The notes: generated by a model not told the origin, from the letters alone. DNA of 64,000 bases from a bacterium (GCA_031411135.1 JANOAN010000013.1:30581-94580), one strand, 5' to 3'; shown: positions 28,115-38,050, counted from the stretch's first letter. Numbers and translations: made by a program.

Positions 28115-29665
28115 TTATTTAATTTCGTCCAATAAAGTATTCAGATCCTTGTGTCTAGCTTCTACTTTTTGTCCGTGAATTAGCCAAAAAACGCTTGGTT
28201 CAAAGGCTTCGATAAATTCGTAATCATGACTTACAAGTAAAATAGTGCTCTTTGAAAGCTGACAAGCTTGAAGTAGAACTTCCCAAGTCACTTCATCAAT
28301 ATGGTTTGTCGGCTCATCGAGAATAATAAGGTCAGGCTTCAACCCAAACACAATTGCAAATCGAAGTCGCATTCTCTCTCCCCCAGAAAGACTCTTTACT
28401 TGCTGATTCATTCGATCAGAGTCAAATTTCATTTTTCCGAGAGCGGTTCGAGCATCCTCGTCTGTTGCATTCAATTTTTCCATAACAATTTCAACCGCAC
28501 GGGACTCCGGATCAAACTGTGCATGTTGATCAAAATAAGCCCATTTTACAGCTGGGCGCCATGTCATTTCACCCTTTGCTAGTGGCAATTCTCCTGTTAA
28601 GCATTTTAAGAAAGTAGACTTACCGGAGTCGTTTCGTCCCAGCAAAACAATTTTTTCACCAGAGCGAATTTCTAGATTTGCATTATTAAAAATCTGCGAT
28701 CTTGCCTTTTTACCTACTTTTTCAAAAGCAAAAGCACCATCATCCATCTTGCAAATTAATTTTCCAGAATGAATGGACTGGTCAGTCCCGACCAATTTTA
28801 TTTTAGTCTTTTTATCATCCGGACGAGCGGATTCTTTGTGAGCTTTTTTCAAACCATCCAATTCTTCTTTTGCTCGACGATATGCAGAAATTTCTTTTCC
28901 ACGAAAAGCTTTCTGCTGTAAAATGACAATTGCTGAAGATAATTGCTTGATACGCTTTGATTCAGCATCATACTGGCGTTGTAATCCTCCAATTCTTTCC
29001 ATCTTCATAGCAATATAATCATCGTACCCTCCTTCTGATATATGGATTTTTCCACCTGCAATTTCGCCGATTTTTGTAGCGATTGCATCAATAAGTAGAC
29101 GATCGTGAGAGATAAAAATAATTCCTCCACGAAAATCCTTCAACAATGAGACAAGTTCAATTCGACTTACGATATCCAAATGGTTTTCAGGTTCATCCAT
29201 CAGAAGAAAATCTGGACTAAGTGCAAACGCTACTGACAATGCAACGATTTTTTGCTGTCCTCCCGAAAGACTTCCGCAAATTGCTTCCTTATTTTTTTCA
29301 ATATTAAAACCCAGTTCATTACCATAATTAAAAACTTTTTGTAAAAATTTATCTCCGGCTAATTCTTTTATGTAACCTTCAATACTCACCTCTTTGTATT
29401 TGTGATCAAATTCCTGAGGAACATACACAAATCTAATATGACCTTGCTTGTCGATAATTCCCGAATCGGCCTCGACCTGGCCACATAAAATTTTTAGCAA
29501 TGTAGACTTTCCTGCACCATTTTCGCCAAAAATACACAACCTCTCGTTTTCACTGCATTTGAAAGAAACGCCTTGTAATATAGGTTTTTCGCGGATTGAG
29601 TATTCGATGTTTTTCAGAGATATGTTTTTTTGCACCGTGAAAAACACTCTAACATATTCCATCAT
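28115..29665 (-). CDS. ABC-F family ATPase (tandem ABC domains, no TMD)
   Basis: Two Walker A motifs (GENGAGKST, GRNDSGKST) and two signature motifs (LSGGQQ, LSGGER) in 516 aa. Confidence 0.8.
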   Translation of the reverse strand: MMEYVRVFFTVQKNISLKNIEYSIREKPILQGVSFKCSENERLCIFGENGAGKSTLLKILCGQVEADSGIIDKQGHIRFVYVPQEFDHKYKEVSIEGYIKELAGDKFLQKVFNYGNELGFNIEKNKEAICGSLSGGQQKIVALSVAFALSPDFLLMDEPENHLDIVSRIELVSLLKDFRGGIIFISHDRLLIDAIATKIGEIAGGKIHISEGGYDDYIAMKMERIGGLQRQYDAESKRIKQLSSAIVILQQKAFRGKEISAYRRAKEELDGLKKAHKESARPDDKKTKIKLVGTDQSIHSGKLICKMDDGAFAFEKVGKKARSQIFNNANLEIRSGEKIVLLGRNDSGKSTFLKCLTGELPLAKGEMTWRPAVKWAYFDQHAQFDPESRAVEIVMEKLNATDEDARTALGKMKFDSDRMNQQVKSLSGGERMRLRFAIVFGLKPDLIILDEPTNHIDEVTWEVLLQACQLSKSTILLVSHDYEFIEAFEPSVFWLIHGQKVEARHKDLNTLLDEIK

Positions 29666-29686
29666 AAAGAGATATAATGATAAAAT

Positions 29687-30832
29687 ATGAAAAAACTTTT
29701 ACTTACTCTATCAATTTTTATTCCATTTGTAACAAACGCTGCATCATTAACAATTAGTACAATCTCACCAAACGCAAATGTACCAGCTGGAACAAATATT
29801 ACGTTTCAAATTACTCCCTCAACTTTAAGCAATCCTCGTTATACCGTTAGCGACGATTCACCAGCAAGCACTCTTTCAAATTCTAATATAAACACACTTG
29901 GAAAATTTGACTGGACACCATCAACTTCTGACATTGGCACTCACAATTTAATAATTACAGGAATTGACACAAATGGAAACAGGGACACCCTAAGTCAAAC
30001 CTTAATTGTGGGAACATCTACCCCACTCTCAATACAAGGACTTTCACCAGGTACAAACATTTTACCAAGTAAAAATTTCTCATTAACCCTAGTTGCATCT
30101 GGATACAACAACCCAACTTTTTCTGTAAGTGATTCATTCTATAATTCAACTGCATCAAGCTATAACATTGACAATTCTGGTGTTTTTTCATGGCAACCCA
30201 CAACAAGAGATATCGGGGTGCACAATTTCGGATTTAGAGTAACAACTTCATCTGGAAGAAATGATGTTGTCTACCAAACTGTTACTGTAAACGGAATTTA
30301 TGTTCCAACAACTTCATACAGCGTAAAAGTTGGTAACCCACTTATAATTAATTTTAATCCTTATGGTTTAACCAACGGAAATTACTACCCATCATATAGA
30401 TACATCGACTCAACTCGAAATAATACAATTGATAACGCAAGTGTTAGTGGAAACACATTTACCTGGACACCACAGACACAAGACGCCGGATCACACACAG
30501 TAACAATCAGTACAACTGACCTGAGTGGAACTTATGTAAGTATAGATTTAAATATACAAGTTACATCAAATCAAAATCCAATTATCAACAACCCGATTCC
30601 AGTTATTACTCCTAGCAAGTTCACATTCACTAAATCTTTAAATACTGGTTCAACTGGGGACGAGGTTAAAGAACTTCAAAAATTGCTAAAAGAAAAAAGT
30701 TTTTATTTGGGACCAATTACAGGAACTTTTGGACCATTAACAAAAGCCGCTGTTAAAAAATTCCAAAAAACTCACAAAATTTCACAGCTTGGAAACGTTG
30801 GACCTGCAACAAGAACGGAGTTGAATAAGTAG
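29687..30832 (+). CDS. secreted protein with three Ig-like repeats and a C-terminal peptidoglycan-binding (PG_binding_1) domain
   Basis: Signal peptide. Repeats F(D/S/T)W(T/Q)P...D(I/A)G.H. The C-terminus TGDEVKELQKLLKEKSFYLGPITGTFGPLTKAAVKKFQ fits PGBD. Confidence 0.7.
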   Translation: MKKLLLTLSIFIPFVTNAASLTISTISPNANVPAGTNITFQITPSTLSNPRYTVSDDSPASTLSNSNINTLGKFDWTPSTSDIGTHNLIITGIDTNGNRDTLSQTLIVGTSTPLSIQGLSPGTNILPSKNFSLTLVASGYNNPTFSVSDSFYNSTASSYNIDNSGVFSWQPTTRDIGVHNFGFRVTTSSGRNDVVYQTVTVNGIYVPTTSYSVKVGNPLIINFNPYGLTNGNYYPSYRYIDSTRNNTIDNASVSGNTFTWTPQTQDAGSHTVTISTTDLSGTYVSIDLNIQVTSNQNPIINNPIPVITPSKFTFTKSLNTGSTGDEVKELQKLLKEKSFYLGPITGTFGPLTKAAVKKFQKTHKISQLGNVGPATRTELNK

Positions 30833-30926
30833 AGACGAAAAAACCGCCCAAAAGAGCGGCTTCTTTTCCATGACCATGAAAGTGGTCCCTGCTTGGTAGA
30901 AACTTACCAGGTGTTGGTATCCTTCT

Positions 30927-31787
30927 TTAAGGATTGATCTCGACGAATTCTTTGTTTGCAAGCAAAACGGCGTCCATATCTGCAGCATGCCCAGAGCAAT
31001 GCGAACGCACATTTGCCACAAAGATTCCATCGCGACACAAGAGACTCAATGCCCCGAGAATGTCGAGAGCCCTGTGCCGCACGATCTGGCGCAACAATGC
31101 CTGCTTGTCGTCGTGCAGCTTCGACCAATTGACCGCATTGAAGTGCGGCCACCAGATCTTGCTGCAAATTTGGGCAATCCGGTAACGGAAGCCGGACACG
31201 CCCAGCGTTTTCGCTTGGCATATTTCCACGAAGAGGGCGCTGTTAGGTAGCGAGAACACTTCCTCGTGACGTCCAATCCCAGGGTAGTCAACCGTGACTT
31301 CGATATTCAACCTTCAGTCGGTCGATGGATGGATTTCAGTGCAAGCGCGAACGCCGTTCCGGTCAAAACGATTGGAATACGTTCCACGAACCGACCTCTG
31401 GACCGTGTAGATCTTCAGCGGACTCACGACCTCTCTGGAATTTGATTTCACAAGCTCCCAAAGACCCTTCGAACAACCGTCATAGGGTGGCCATCCCTCT
31501 CCTTCAATCTGCACGCCAACAAGGCCGGCGTAACGGAGAGCCCCAATGTGTTCGAAAACTTCCAAAGTCTGTCCCATGGTACCAATGAGCCTGATCCGAG
31601 ACCGAGTACATTCGCTAAAACTCGGAATGATCGGTATGGGCCTAATACTCTCACTTGGTAACCATGACCATTCACTGTGTGAAGCTGAATGTAGGGTGAT
31701 CGACTTTTGACCTCCCCAAAACCCTCGGCCGCTATACGTAACTGAATTAGTCAGCCTTAAAGGGCTGAATACGTTCTGACTGCTCAT
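30927..31787 (-). pseudogene. LpxC-like deacetylase gene interrupted by an in-frame TGA (GC-rich, foreign-looking)
   Basis: The N-terminal part matches LpxC (GRGFWGGQKSITLHSA; TLEVFEHIGALRYAGLVGVQIEGEG..PPYDGCSKGLWELV versus TVEHLNAALAGLGIDN..PIMDGSAAPF). The C-terminal part matches IVRHRALDILGAL...SGHAADMDAVLLAN (versus FVRHKMLDAIGDL...SGHALNNKLL). Both parts are in the same frame, separated by TGA at 31314-31316. A strong SD ccaGGAGGtaaaaATG precedes the start. GC ~55%. Confidence 0.65.
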
Positions 31788-31874
31788 TTTTACCTCCTGG
31801 TTAATTTTTATGACAAGCAACTTTTACCTGTCTGCGAGAGATATTACAACACAAACTCAGAAGTGACAATATCC

Positions 31875-32123
31875 TTAGAACCCCGCCACACCCTTCTCCT
31901 TCATGTAACTCGCAACTTGATCCTTATCCGAATCAGCCAAAATAAACCCGTCGATATCTAACGTTGGTGTTTTATCCTGTCCAGATTTTTTTACCAACTC
32001 ATCATAATATTCCTTGTTACTTCTTACTTCCCTTTCTTCATATTTAACATTTTTATCCCGCAACAATGTCAAAACTCCTTCGCACCATGGACAACCTGTT
32101 TTTGTGTATAGAATTATATTCAT
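31875..32123 (-). CDS. glutaredoxin-like protein
   Basis: The CPWC active site lies in a thioredoxin-fold-sized 82-aa protein. Confidence 0.75.
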   Translation of the reverse strand: MNIILYTKTGCPWCEGVLTLLRDKNVKYEEREVRSNKEYYDELVKKSGQDKTPTLDIDGFILADSDKDQVASYMKEKGVAGF

Positions 32124-32497
32124 TACATTTTTCTAGTATGAAGTGCAATCGTGTTTCCTTCACTGTCTGTCAACCATCCGATGTAACCATATTCCCCAAT
32201 ATCCTTTTTCTGAAGAATTGTTTTTCCACCGATTTCATCCGCTTTTTTCAACGTCGCCTCAATATCAGGACATGTAAAGTAAATCACCGGCCCCTTACTT
32301 CCTACATCATATCCAGGACCCTTCATAAGTGCACCTGATGCTCCGTAGGTATCGTCTACCATCGGAAACCAAACCATTTCATATTCCATCATATCTTGTC
32401 TTTTCATAGTAATGCCAAAAAGTGCTTCGTAAAATTTCGTCGCTCTATCGATATCATTAACTGGAATCTCAAACCATCCGATTGGATTTTTCATCAT
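32123..32497 (-). CDS. VOC (glyoxalase/bleomycin-resistance) family protein
   Basis: IGWFEIPVNDIDRATKFYEALFG. Typical VOC N-terminal beta-alpha-beta-beta-beta module. Confidence 0.7.
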   Translation of the reverse strand: MMKNPIGWFEIPVNDIDRATKFYEALFGITMKRQDMMEYEMVWFPMVDDTYGASGALMKGPGYDVGSKGPVIYFTCPDIEATLKKADEIGGKTILQKKDIGEYGYIGWLTDSEGNTIALHTRKM

Positions 32498-32859
32498 GCG
32501 TTTTTAATCTTATGGTAAGACTTGTAAGATAGAACAAGAATTATCATAAACACAACTGGCAATACTAGATTTACACCGAAACCTGCAACTGCCCAGATGC
32601 TAATAAATGCAGCGATGAAATCAAATCCAAATCCAGCGTAAGCCCATTCTTTTATATATGCAGGCACCTTTGGAATAATGAGAGCGAGTGATCCTAGCAC
32701 CTTGAAAGCTGCGAGCATCGGCACGAAGTACAGTGGATATCCTAATCCCACAATTCCATTAATTGACATCTCACTGTTCCAAGTGAATGCCACCATAACC
32801 CCCTCCATTAGAAATATAATACCTGTGGTAATCCAAAATGTAATTTTTGCGTTTTTCAT
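32494..32859 (-). CDS. DoxX-like family membrane protein
   Basis: Four TM helices. A 4-nt overlap with the VOC gene indicates an operon. Confidence 0.55.
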   Translation of the reverse strand: MKNAKITFWITTGIIFLMEGVMVAFTWNSEMSINGIVGLGYPLYFVPMLAAFKVLGSLALIIPKVPAYIKEWAYAGFGFDFIAAFISIWAVAGFGVNLVLPVVFMIILVLSYKSYHKIKNA

Positions 32860-32860
32860 A

Positions 32861-33256
32861 TTACTTAAAATAATTAATTATTGAGACAATAATAACACTA
32901 GACAATCCAGTTAAAATAGTTCCCCAAGCCATATCCACAATCGTTACAATTAAAGGCCAATCCCTCAGTGTTGCCTGATTGGTTAAGTCGTAGGCAGCGT
33001 AAGCTATAAAACCGAGAAGTGCCCCTGCCATAAATACATACAGCAATGACTGTCCTTGTTTTAAGGCTGGTGAAATAACAAAGAAGACCAAACCAAATGC
33101 ATAAAATAAATAAAAACAGATAACTGGTAAAAGTTTAAAATCTTCGGCAAACAATGGTTTTAACCAAGCTTTGTATTTTGCACCCATACTGAAAAGCCAT
33201 GTGCTATCTAGAACAACAAGCACAACGAGACTTATAAAGTAATTTAATATATTCAT
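32861..33256 (-). CDS. hypothetical 4-TM membrane protein (DUF2177-like)
   Basis: 131 aa, hydrophobic. First gene of the DoxX-VOC-Grx operon. Confidence 0.4.
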   Translation of the reverse strand: MNILNYFISLVVLVVLDSTWLFSMGAKYKAWLKPLFAEDFKLLPVICFYLFYAFGLVFFVISPALKQGQSLLYVFMAGALLGFIAYAAYDLTNQATLRDWPLIVTIVDMAWGTILTGLSSVIIVSIINYFK

Positions 33257-33282
33257 ACTTAAAATATTACCATAGCATCTGA

Positions 33283-33314
33283 AAACAAAACACCCCTTCC
33301 GGGGTGTTTTGTAG
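33283..33314 (-). terminator. rho-independent terminator (bidirectional hairpin)
   Basis: aaaacacccc-ttcc-ggggtgtttt. Confidence 0.55.
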
Positions 33315-33331
33315 AACCATCAATTTAAGTT

Positions 33332-33619
33332 TTATGAAAGGTGCTTTGAAACCAACTTTGTCATTTCGAACATGTTTACCATCTTTTTGCCGCCGAATAC
33401 CTTTGTAAGGGCTTCGTCACCATTGATATTTCGCTTGTTCTTAGGATCCTGTAGGTCATGCTTCTTGATGTAAACCCAAAGAGCTTTTACAACCTCTGAT
33501 CGAGGCATAGGTCCTTTACCTACTACAGCTGCTAGCTCTGCGCTCACTGTCATTGGTTTCATAAATGCTGAATTTGCTTTTTTTTCTGCCATAAATTTTT
33601 GATTATTTGTTATGTTATC
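33332..33619 (-). CDS. SWIB/MDM2-domain protein
   Basis: MKPMTVSAELAAVVG..PMPRSEVVKALWVYIKKHDLQDP...INGDEALTKVFG. The start was set at MDNITNN to avoid overlap with the upstream gene; the listed ORF extends to 33697. Confidence 0.7.
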   Translation of the reverse strand, partial: DNITNNQKFMAEKKANSAFMKPMTVSAELAAVVGKGPMPRSEVVKALWVYIKKHDLQDPKNKRNINGDEALTKVFGGKKMVNMFEMTKLVSKHLS

Positions 33620-33648
33620 CATTATACCATAGATTTTGGGGTGTGTAG

Positions 33649-34554
33649 CTACTTTCCCAAGCAAGCCATAAGTGAAGCCGTTTCCGTCCACCCACACTGC
33701 CCACTCACCTGCCTCTCACATTTTGCAGTTTTATAGCAGGCATAGCTTTCGGTATATTCGCAAGTTGAAATAACACCCGGCTTATCACTACAAATTTGAC
33801 TAGAACATCCACCGACGTAGCACTTGCCAGTAGTTATTGGAGTAGATTTTTTTGTAACAGTAAATGTAAATCGATAATCAGATGGTGTAATTGTGGCCGT
33901 AGTTTTTTGAGGAAGAACTTCTGTTAACGTAACGACTACATTTTGTGTAGGAAATGCCTCACCTAAAGTAACAACACTCTCGCTTCCATTCACTAGAATT
34001 TTTACTCTGACCCTTCCTGCCCAAATACAGTTTACATTTGCAGGACATCGGCTGTCTTCTTCGACAGAGAGAGGCTTAATTGAAATTGATCCAAAGTTTT
34101 TTATGTCACCAATTTTTTGTCCACCAACAAATGGAGCAGGAGTCGGTTTAATCTCTGGTGGAGCAGGTTCAATTATTTTAGTAACCGTAAATATCCCCTT
34201 TATGTTGTACTTTACCCACTGATCCGTACTGAGTGCTTCTTTAATAACGACGAAACCCTCAGCTGTTATATGTTTTTGGCTTTGAAATTGCTGCATTGAA
34301 TCCCCCGAGGCACCAAAATTTACAGCGTAGTAAACACCATCATCAGTTTTGAGCCCAAAGGCACATTCCATAGTTTGCGGGCCACTGGTATCGGCATGTG
34401 GTAGACAGGTGTATGTTCCAGAAAGTGTTACATTATACGGAGTTGGGTCAAGAGGTGTTACTAATTCTTCTTTAGAAAAAATATTAAAATACCCCACAAC
34501 ACAAACAGTGATAACTGCCAATCCTAAAATTATGTACAGTTTTTTAGTTTTCAT
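33649..34554 (-). CDS. secreted protein with a Cys-rich C-terminus, unknown function
   Basis: Signal peptide/TM. Eight Cys in the last 55 aa (CYVGGCSSQICSD...CEYTESYACYKTAKCERQVSGQCGW). Confidence 0.5.
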   Translation of the reverse strand: MKTKKLYIILGLAVITVCVVGYFNIFSKEELVTPLDPTPYNVTLSGTYTCLPHADTSGPQTMECAFGLKTDDGVYYAVNFGASGDSMQQFQSQKHITAEGFVVIKEALSTDQWVKYNIKGIFTVTKIIEPAPPEIKPTPAPFVGGQKIGDIKNFGSISIKPLSVEEDSRCPANVNCIWAGRVRVKILVNGSESVVTLGEAFPTQNVVVTLTEVLPQKTTATITPSDYRFTFTVTKKSTPITTGKCYVGGCSSQICSDKPGVISTCEYTESYACYKTAKCERQVSGQCGWTETASLMACLGK

Positions 34555-34584
34555 ATTAGATAAGACGTTTAGAGTCTCTCAAAC

Positions 34585-35169
34585 TTACTTGTGCCCTACT
34601 TTCCTTTTAATAAATACTGTCATGACTAAATTTGTACAAATCATCGCAATTGAATGGAACGTAGTCGCGATGTTGTACGCCCCCAAAGAGAACAGGGTTA
34701 GAATATGTCGTGCAACATTCATTTCATACAAAAGTGGTCTTTCTGTTTCTGGATGAGCCCATGTTTTTCGTAAAGTTGGCATAAACGCCACAATGTCGAT
34801 CAAGACTACAATTACAACTGAAACTGTAGGATCATTAGTTAAAGCCCAAGGTATAAGTCCGACAAGTGCAATCACAAGAAAATAGTGGTCAACTTTACGG
34901 ATATGCCCAGTCTTCCTTTTAAAAATATACTTAAGTGAAAAGAGAAAAATAATTATTGTAAATGCTTCTGCAACACCTGTTGGCAAGGCGCCGATTCCAG
35001 CGCCTTTAGCGAGTCCCCCCAAAAAAGTGGTCATGGAAACAATAGACCAGATGAACCATGTGTATGGGTGTGGGTGCACATGGCCTTTAATCACATCTTT
35101 GAGATACGAGATGTTTCCAATGATTGCAAGAATTGCAGCGATGATGGCGATAGCTTCTTTCATGGGCAC
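34585..35169 (-). CDS. hypothetical polytopic membrane protein
   Basis: 194 aa with about 5 TM helices. Begins 14 nt downstream of tRNA-Gln. Confidence 0.45.
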   Translation of the reverse strand: MPMKEAIAIIAAILAIIGNISYLKDVIKGHVHPHPYTWFIWSIVSMTTFLGGLAKGAGIGALPTGVAEAFTIIIFLFSLKYIFKRKTGHIRKVDHYFLVIALVGLIPWALTNDPTVSVVIVVLIDIVAFMPTLRKTWAHPETERPLLYEMNVARHILTLFSLGAYNIATTFHSIAMICTNLVMTVFIKRKVGHK

Positions 35170-35182
35170 ATTCTATCATTTT

Positions 35183-35256
35183 TGGCTGGGGGACAGGGAC
35201 TCGAACCCCGATTAACGGTTCCAGAAACCGCTGTCCTACCTTTAGACGATCCCCCA
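35183..35256 (-). tRNA. tRNA-Gln (anticodon CUG), CCA encoded
   Basis: The cloverleaf was folded by hand. Acceptor UGGGGGA/UCCCCCA with U1-A72 and G73 (GlnRS identity elements). D-stem GUCU/GGAC. Anticodon loop UUCUGGA. T-loop UUCGAGU with G53-C61. Confidence 0.85.
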
Positions 35257-35336
35257 ATGTAGGCACAGATTAACACTTTCACCCCCCAAAATCAAACAAT
35301 GGTATAATTAAGACCAGAGAAAGGAGGACAAAAACA

Positions 35337-35735
35337 ATGTCCAAAAACGAACAAAGTGTAGGTCTAGTTGTCCTAACAGGTGATGAATCCGAAGACATTG
35401 GAGTCCGCGAAGGGATAATCCAAGACATGCGGCTTTGTCACCATAGGGCACACATGACGATCGAGTTCCACAGACCCAAGGCTACGATTCTTATTTTTCG
35501 CTCCAAATTCGACGGTGAATTAGGAACGGAGGCTATGATCGAAGACTTAAGTTCAATCTGCGGAAGCAGGACCCTAAAAAGTCCCGCAAACTACAGAAGT
35601 GAGTACCGCAAGGACATGCCAGCGGAAATTTTCCTTGGCGGACTTACTCACATTTGGACTCCGGTAAACAAGGAGGAGCTCGAAATCGTTCTCGATATAC
35701 TCGGCCTACGAAAAAAAGCTTCTGCTATGTATTGA
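35337..35735 (+). CDS. hypothetical protein (132 aa), foreign-looking
   Basis: It is preceded by TATAAT and a strong SD (aaaGGAGGacaaaaacaATG), which native genes here lack. GC ~47%. It lies adjacent to the tRNA-Gln. Confidence 0.45.
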   Translation: MSKNEQSVGLVVLTGDESEDIGVREGIIQDMRLCHHRAHMTIEFHRPKATILIFRSKFDGELGTEAMIEDLSSICGSRTLKSPANYRSEYRKDMPAEIFLGGLTHIWTPVNKEELEIVLDILGLRKKASAMY

Positions 35736-35824
35736 ACTTCATCCCCTAGAAAGGATAAGTTCGTACCGGCAGAGGCTTTCGTGATTTTGCAAAATCATGT
35801 CGCGCAGTGTCCCTTGGAGCGCGA

Positions 35825-36367
35825 CTAATACTCAATTGTTATTGGAAACGAAACCGACGCGTCATTCTCAGGCATTCCTGATGGATTATCCTTTCTTAAT
35901 ATCAAAGTCGCGGGACCGATAAAATCAGCATGTGCTTTAATCACCACCTTAAACGGAACAAAATTTTCCGTCATCCATTCACCTTGTGCCTGGGCTGGAA
36001 CTTGAACCAGAATTTTTCCATTCATATCAACCAGCTCTACCGGAAAACTTGCTTCAAAATACCAAGTACCCCTTGCCTCTCCTGTAACCGTAAAGGTTTT
36101 ACCTGTCACCGCTCCAGGATATGGATTTGTAACTTTTATTAAATTGGCAGAGGCATTAATGTAAGTTGGATTAACAACAATTTCCTCCGCATACGTTCTG
36201 CCATCGGGCGTTTTACACTGACGAGGGTAACTTTCCATGACTGGATAGACTTTGGCACAATCAGCAAAAGATAGAATTTTAGGCTCTACTTTAGGTGTGT
36301 AAATAACCAAAGCACCAAGGGCTATAATAACTACCAGCAGTATTATCCATATAAAATTTTTATTCAT
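35825..36367 (-). CDS. secreted Ig-like (Gmad2/GerMN-like) domain protein
   Basis: N-terminal anchor, then KTFTVTGEARGTWYFEASFPVELVDMNGKIL, typical of the Gmad2 Ig-like fold. Confidence 0.45.
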   Translation of the reverse strand: MNKNFIWIILLVVIIALGALVIYTPKVEPKILSFADCAKVYPVMESYPRQCKTPDGRTYAEEIVVNPTYINASANLIKVTNPYPGAVTGKTFTVTGEARGTWYFEASFPVELVDMNGKILVQVPAQAQGEWMTENFVPFKVVIKAHADFIGPATLILRKDNPSGMPENDASVSFPITIEY

Positions 36368-36394
36368 ACTTATTAAGACGTTTAAAGTGCTCTT

Positions 36395-38050
36395 TTATTT
36401 CCCTCCCGCTGCCTTAATAAACTCTGTAAACAAAGGATGTGGTGACAATGGTCTCGCTAAAAATTCTGGATGGAACTGTGCCCCCAAGAAGAACGGGTGC
36501 ACTGATTTTGGAAGCTCTGCAATTTCCATTAACTTTCCATTTGGCGAAGTACCTGAAAAAACCAGCCCTGCGTTTTCTAAATCATTTAAATATTCATTAT
36601 TCACCTCGTATCTGTGTCGATGACGTTCTGTGATTGTGTTATTACGTAAACTCTTACCAAGTGCATCGTGGTACGCCGAATACGCCACTGTATCTTTCTT
36701 AAGCTTGCAAGGATACCCTCCTAATCGCATTGATGCGCCATATTTATTTTCTCTCATCGCCTGCTTTTGGTTTTCCATAATGTCGATTATTGGATATTGA
36801 GTGCGTGGTGCGACTTCGGTAGTATTAGCACCTTCTAATTTCAAAACATTTCGTGCGTGTTCTATTACGAGGAGTTGCATCCCGTAGCAAAGTCCAAAAT
36901 ATGGAATTTGTTTCTCTCGGCAATAGCGGATTACATTCAACTTCCCTTCTACTCCATTTTTACCAAAACCTCCTGGAACCAGGACGCCGTCAAACTTTGA
37001 TAAAACTTTAGCTTTATCATAATTCCCTTCAAAATCCTTGGCACCAAGCCATGTAAGGACAGGCTTCAAACCTAATTTGTATGCCGAAAACTTTATAGCT
37101 TCAATTACAGAAACATATGCATCCGCAAACACAAAGTCTCCTGAATCAAAATACTTTCCTACAACCGCAATTTCCACTTCCTTCTTGGTGTTTTTAGCAC
37201 TCTTTACAAAACCAGCCCACTTTTTAAGTTTGATTTTTTTCTTTGGTAAGTTTAACGCTTTCGATAACTGCATACCAAATTTGTCGCGTTCAAAATTTAA
37301 TGGCACATCATAAATACTCGCAATATCCGGTGCTGCAATAACATTCTCAATTGGCACACTGCAAAATTCTGAAATTTTTTCCTTGCGTTTTTGATCAATC
37401 GGAGTAGAACTTCGAGCAATGATAAAATTCGCATGCACTCCGTAGCTGTCCAATTGCTTCACCGCGTTCTGTGTCGGCTTCGACTTCATCTCTCCGATCG
37501 ATCCCGGTGTTGGCAAATAAGTCACCATTACAAAAATGACATCTCCTGGATTTTTCAAATGTAAAAAGCGAGCGGCTTCGATAAACATCAAACTTTCATA
37601 GTCTCCCACTGTTCCCCCGATCTCGATTACCGAAACCGCTGATTTGCTCTGTCGTGCAGACTCTTCAAAACGATTAACAATTTCATCACGAATATGTGGG
37701 ACCATCTGTACACACTTTCCCTTGTAACCCAAAGCTCTCTCCCTTTCAATCACCGATCGATAAACCATTCCGCTAGTTAAATAATCCGCATCGGTCGCAT
37801 TTCGATTTAAGAATCTTTCATAATTTCCCATGTCCTGATCAGTTTCCAATCCCGAGTCCATAACAAAAACCTCACCATGTTCGGTGGGGTTCATTGTTCC
37901 TGCGTCGACGTTCAAGTAGGGGTCGGCTTTTACGATGTTCGTTCTAAAGCCCTGAGACTCTAAAATAGTTCCGATTGAAGAGGTGGTGATTCCCTTGCCC
38001 ACTCCGGACATCACGCCACCCAAAACGAAAATATATTTATGTCGTTTCAC
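36395..38050 (-). CDS. pyrG: CTP synthase
   Basis: N-terminal synthetase domain (GGVMSGVGKGITTSSIG). C-terminal GATase with GLCYGMQL and the HPEF catalytic His. Confidence 0.9.
   Translation of the reverse strand: MKRHKYIFVLGGVMSGVGKGITTSSIGTILESQGFRTNIVKADPYLNVDAGTMNPTEHGEVFVMDSGLETDQDMGNYERFLNRNATDADYLTSGMVYRSVIERERALGYKGKCVQMVPHIRDEIVNRFEESARQSKSAVSVIEIGGTVGDYESLMFIEAARFLHLKNPGDVIFVMVTYLPTPGSIGEMKSKPTQNAVKQLDSYGVHANFIIARSSTPIDQKRKEKISEFCSVPIENVIAAPDIASIYDVPLNFERDKFGMQLSKALNLPKKKIKLKKWAGFVKSAKNTKKEVEIAVVGKYFDSGDFVFADAYVSVIEAIKFSAYKLGLKPVLTWLGAKDFEGNYDKAKVLSKFDGVLVPGGFGKNGVEGKLNVIRYCREKQIPYFGLCYGMQLLVIEHARNVLKLEGANTTEVAPRTQYPIIDIMENQKQAMRENKYGASMRLGGYPCKLKKDTVAYSAYHDALGKSLRNNTITERHRHRYEVNNEYLNDLENAGLVFSGTSPNGKLMEIAELPKSVHPFFLGAQFHPEFLARPLSPHPLFTEFIKAAGGK

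Noticed and set aside
30904-31675. Five overlapping ORFs (30934..31185+, 30987..31250+, 31046..31291-, 30904..31221-, 31325..31588+, 31448..31675-) in the GC-rich island
   Set aside because: They are shadow frames of the LpxC-like gene in high-GC DNA. Only the minus-strand frame shows protein-family similarity.
33620-33697. N-terminal extension of the SWIB ORF (MWVDGNGFTYGLLGKVATHPKIYGI)
   Set aside because: It overlaps the 3' end of the upstream 301-aa gene in another frame and is absent from typical ~90-aa bacterial SWIB proteins. An internal start at 33619 was chosen.
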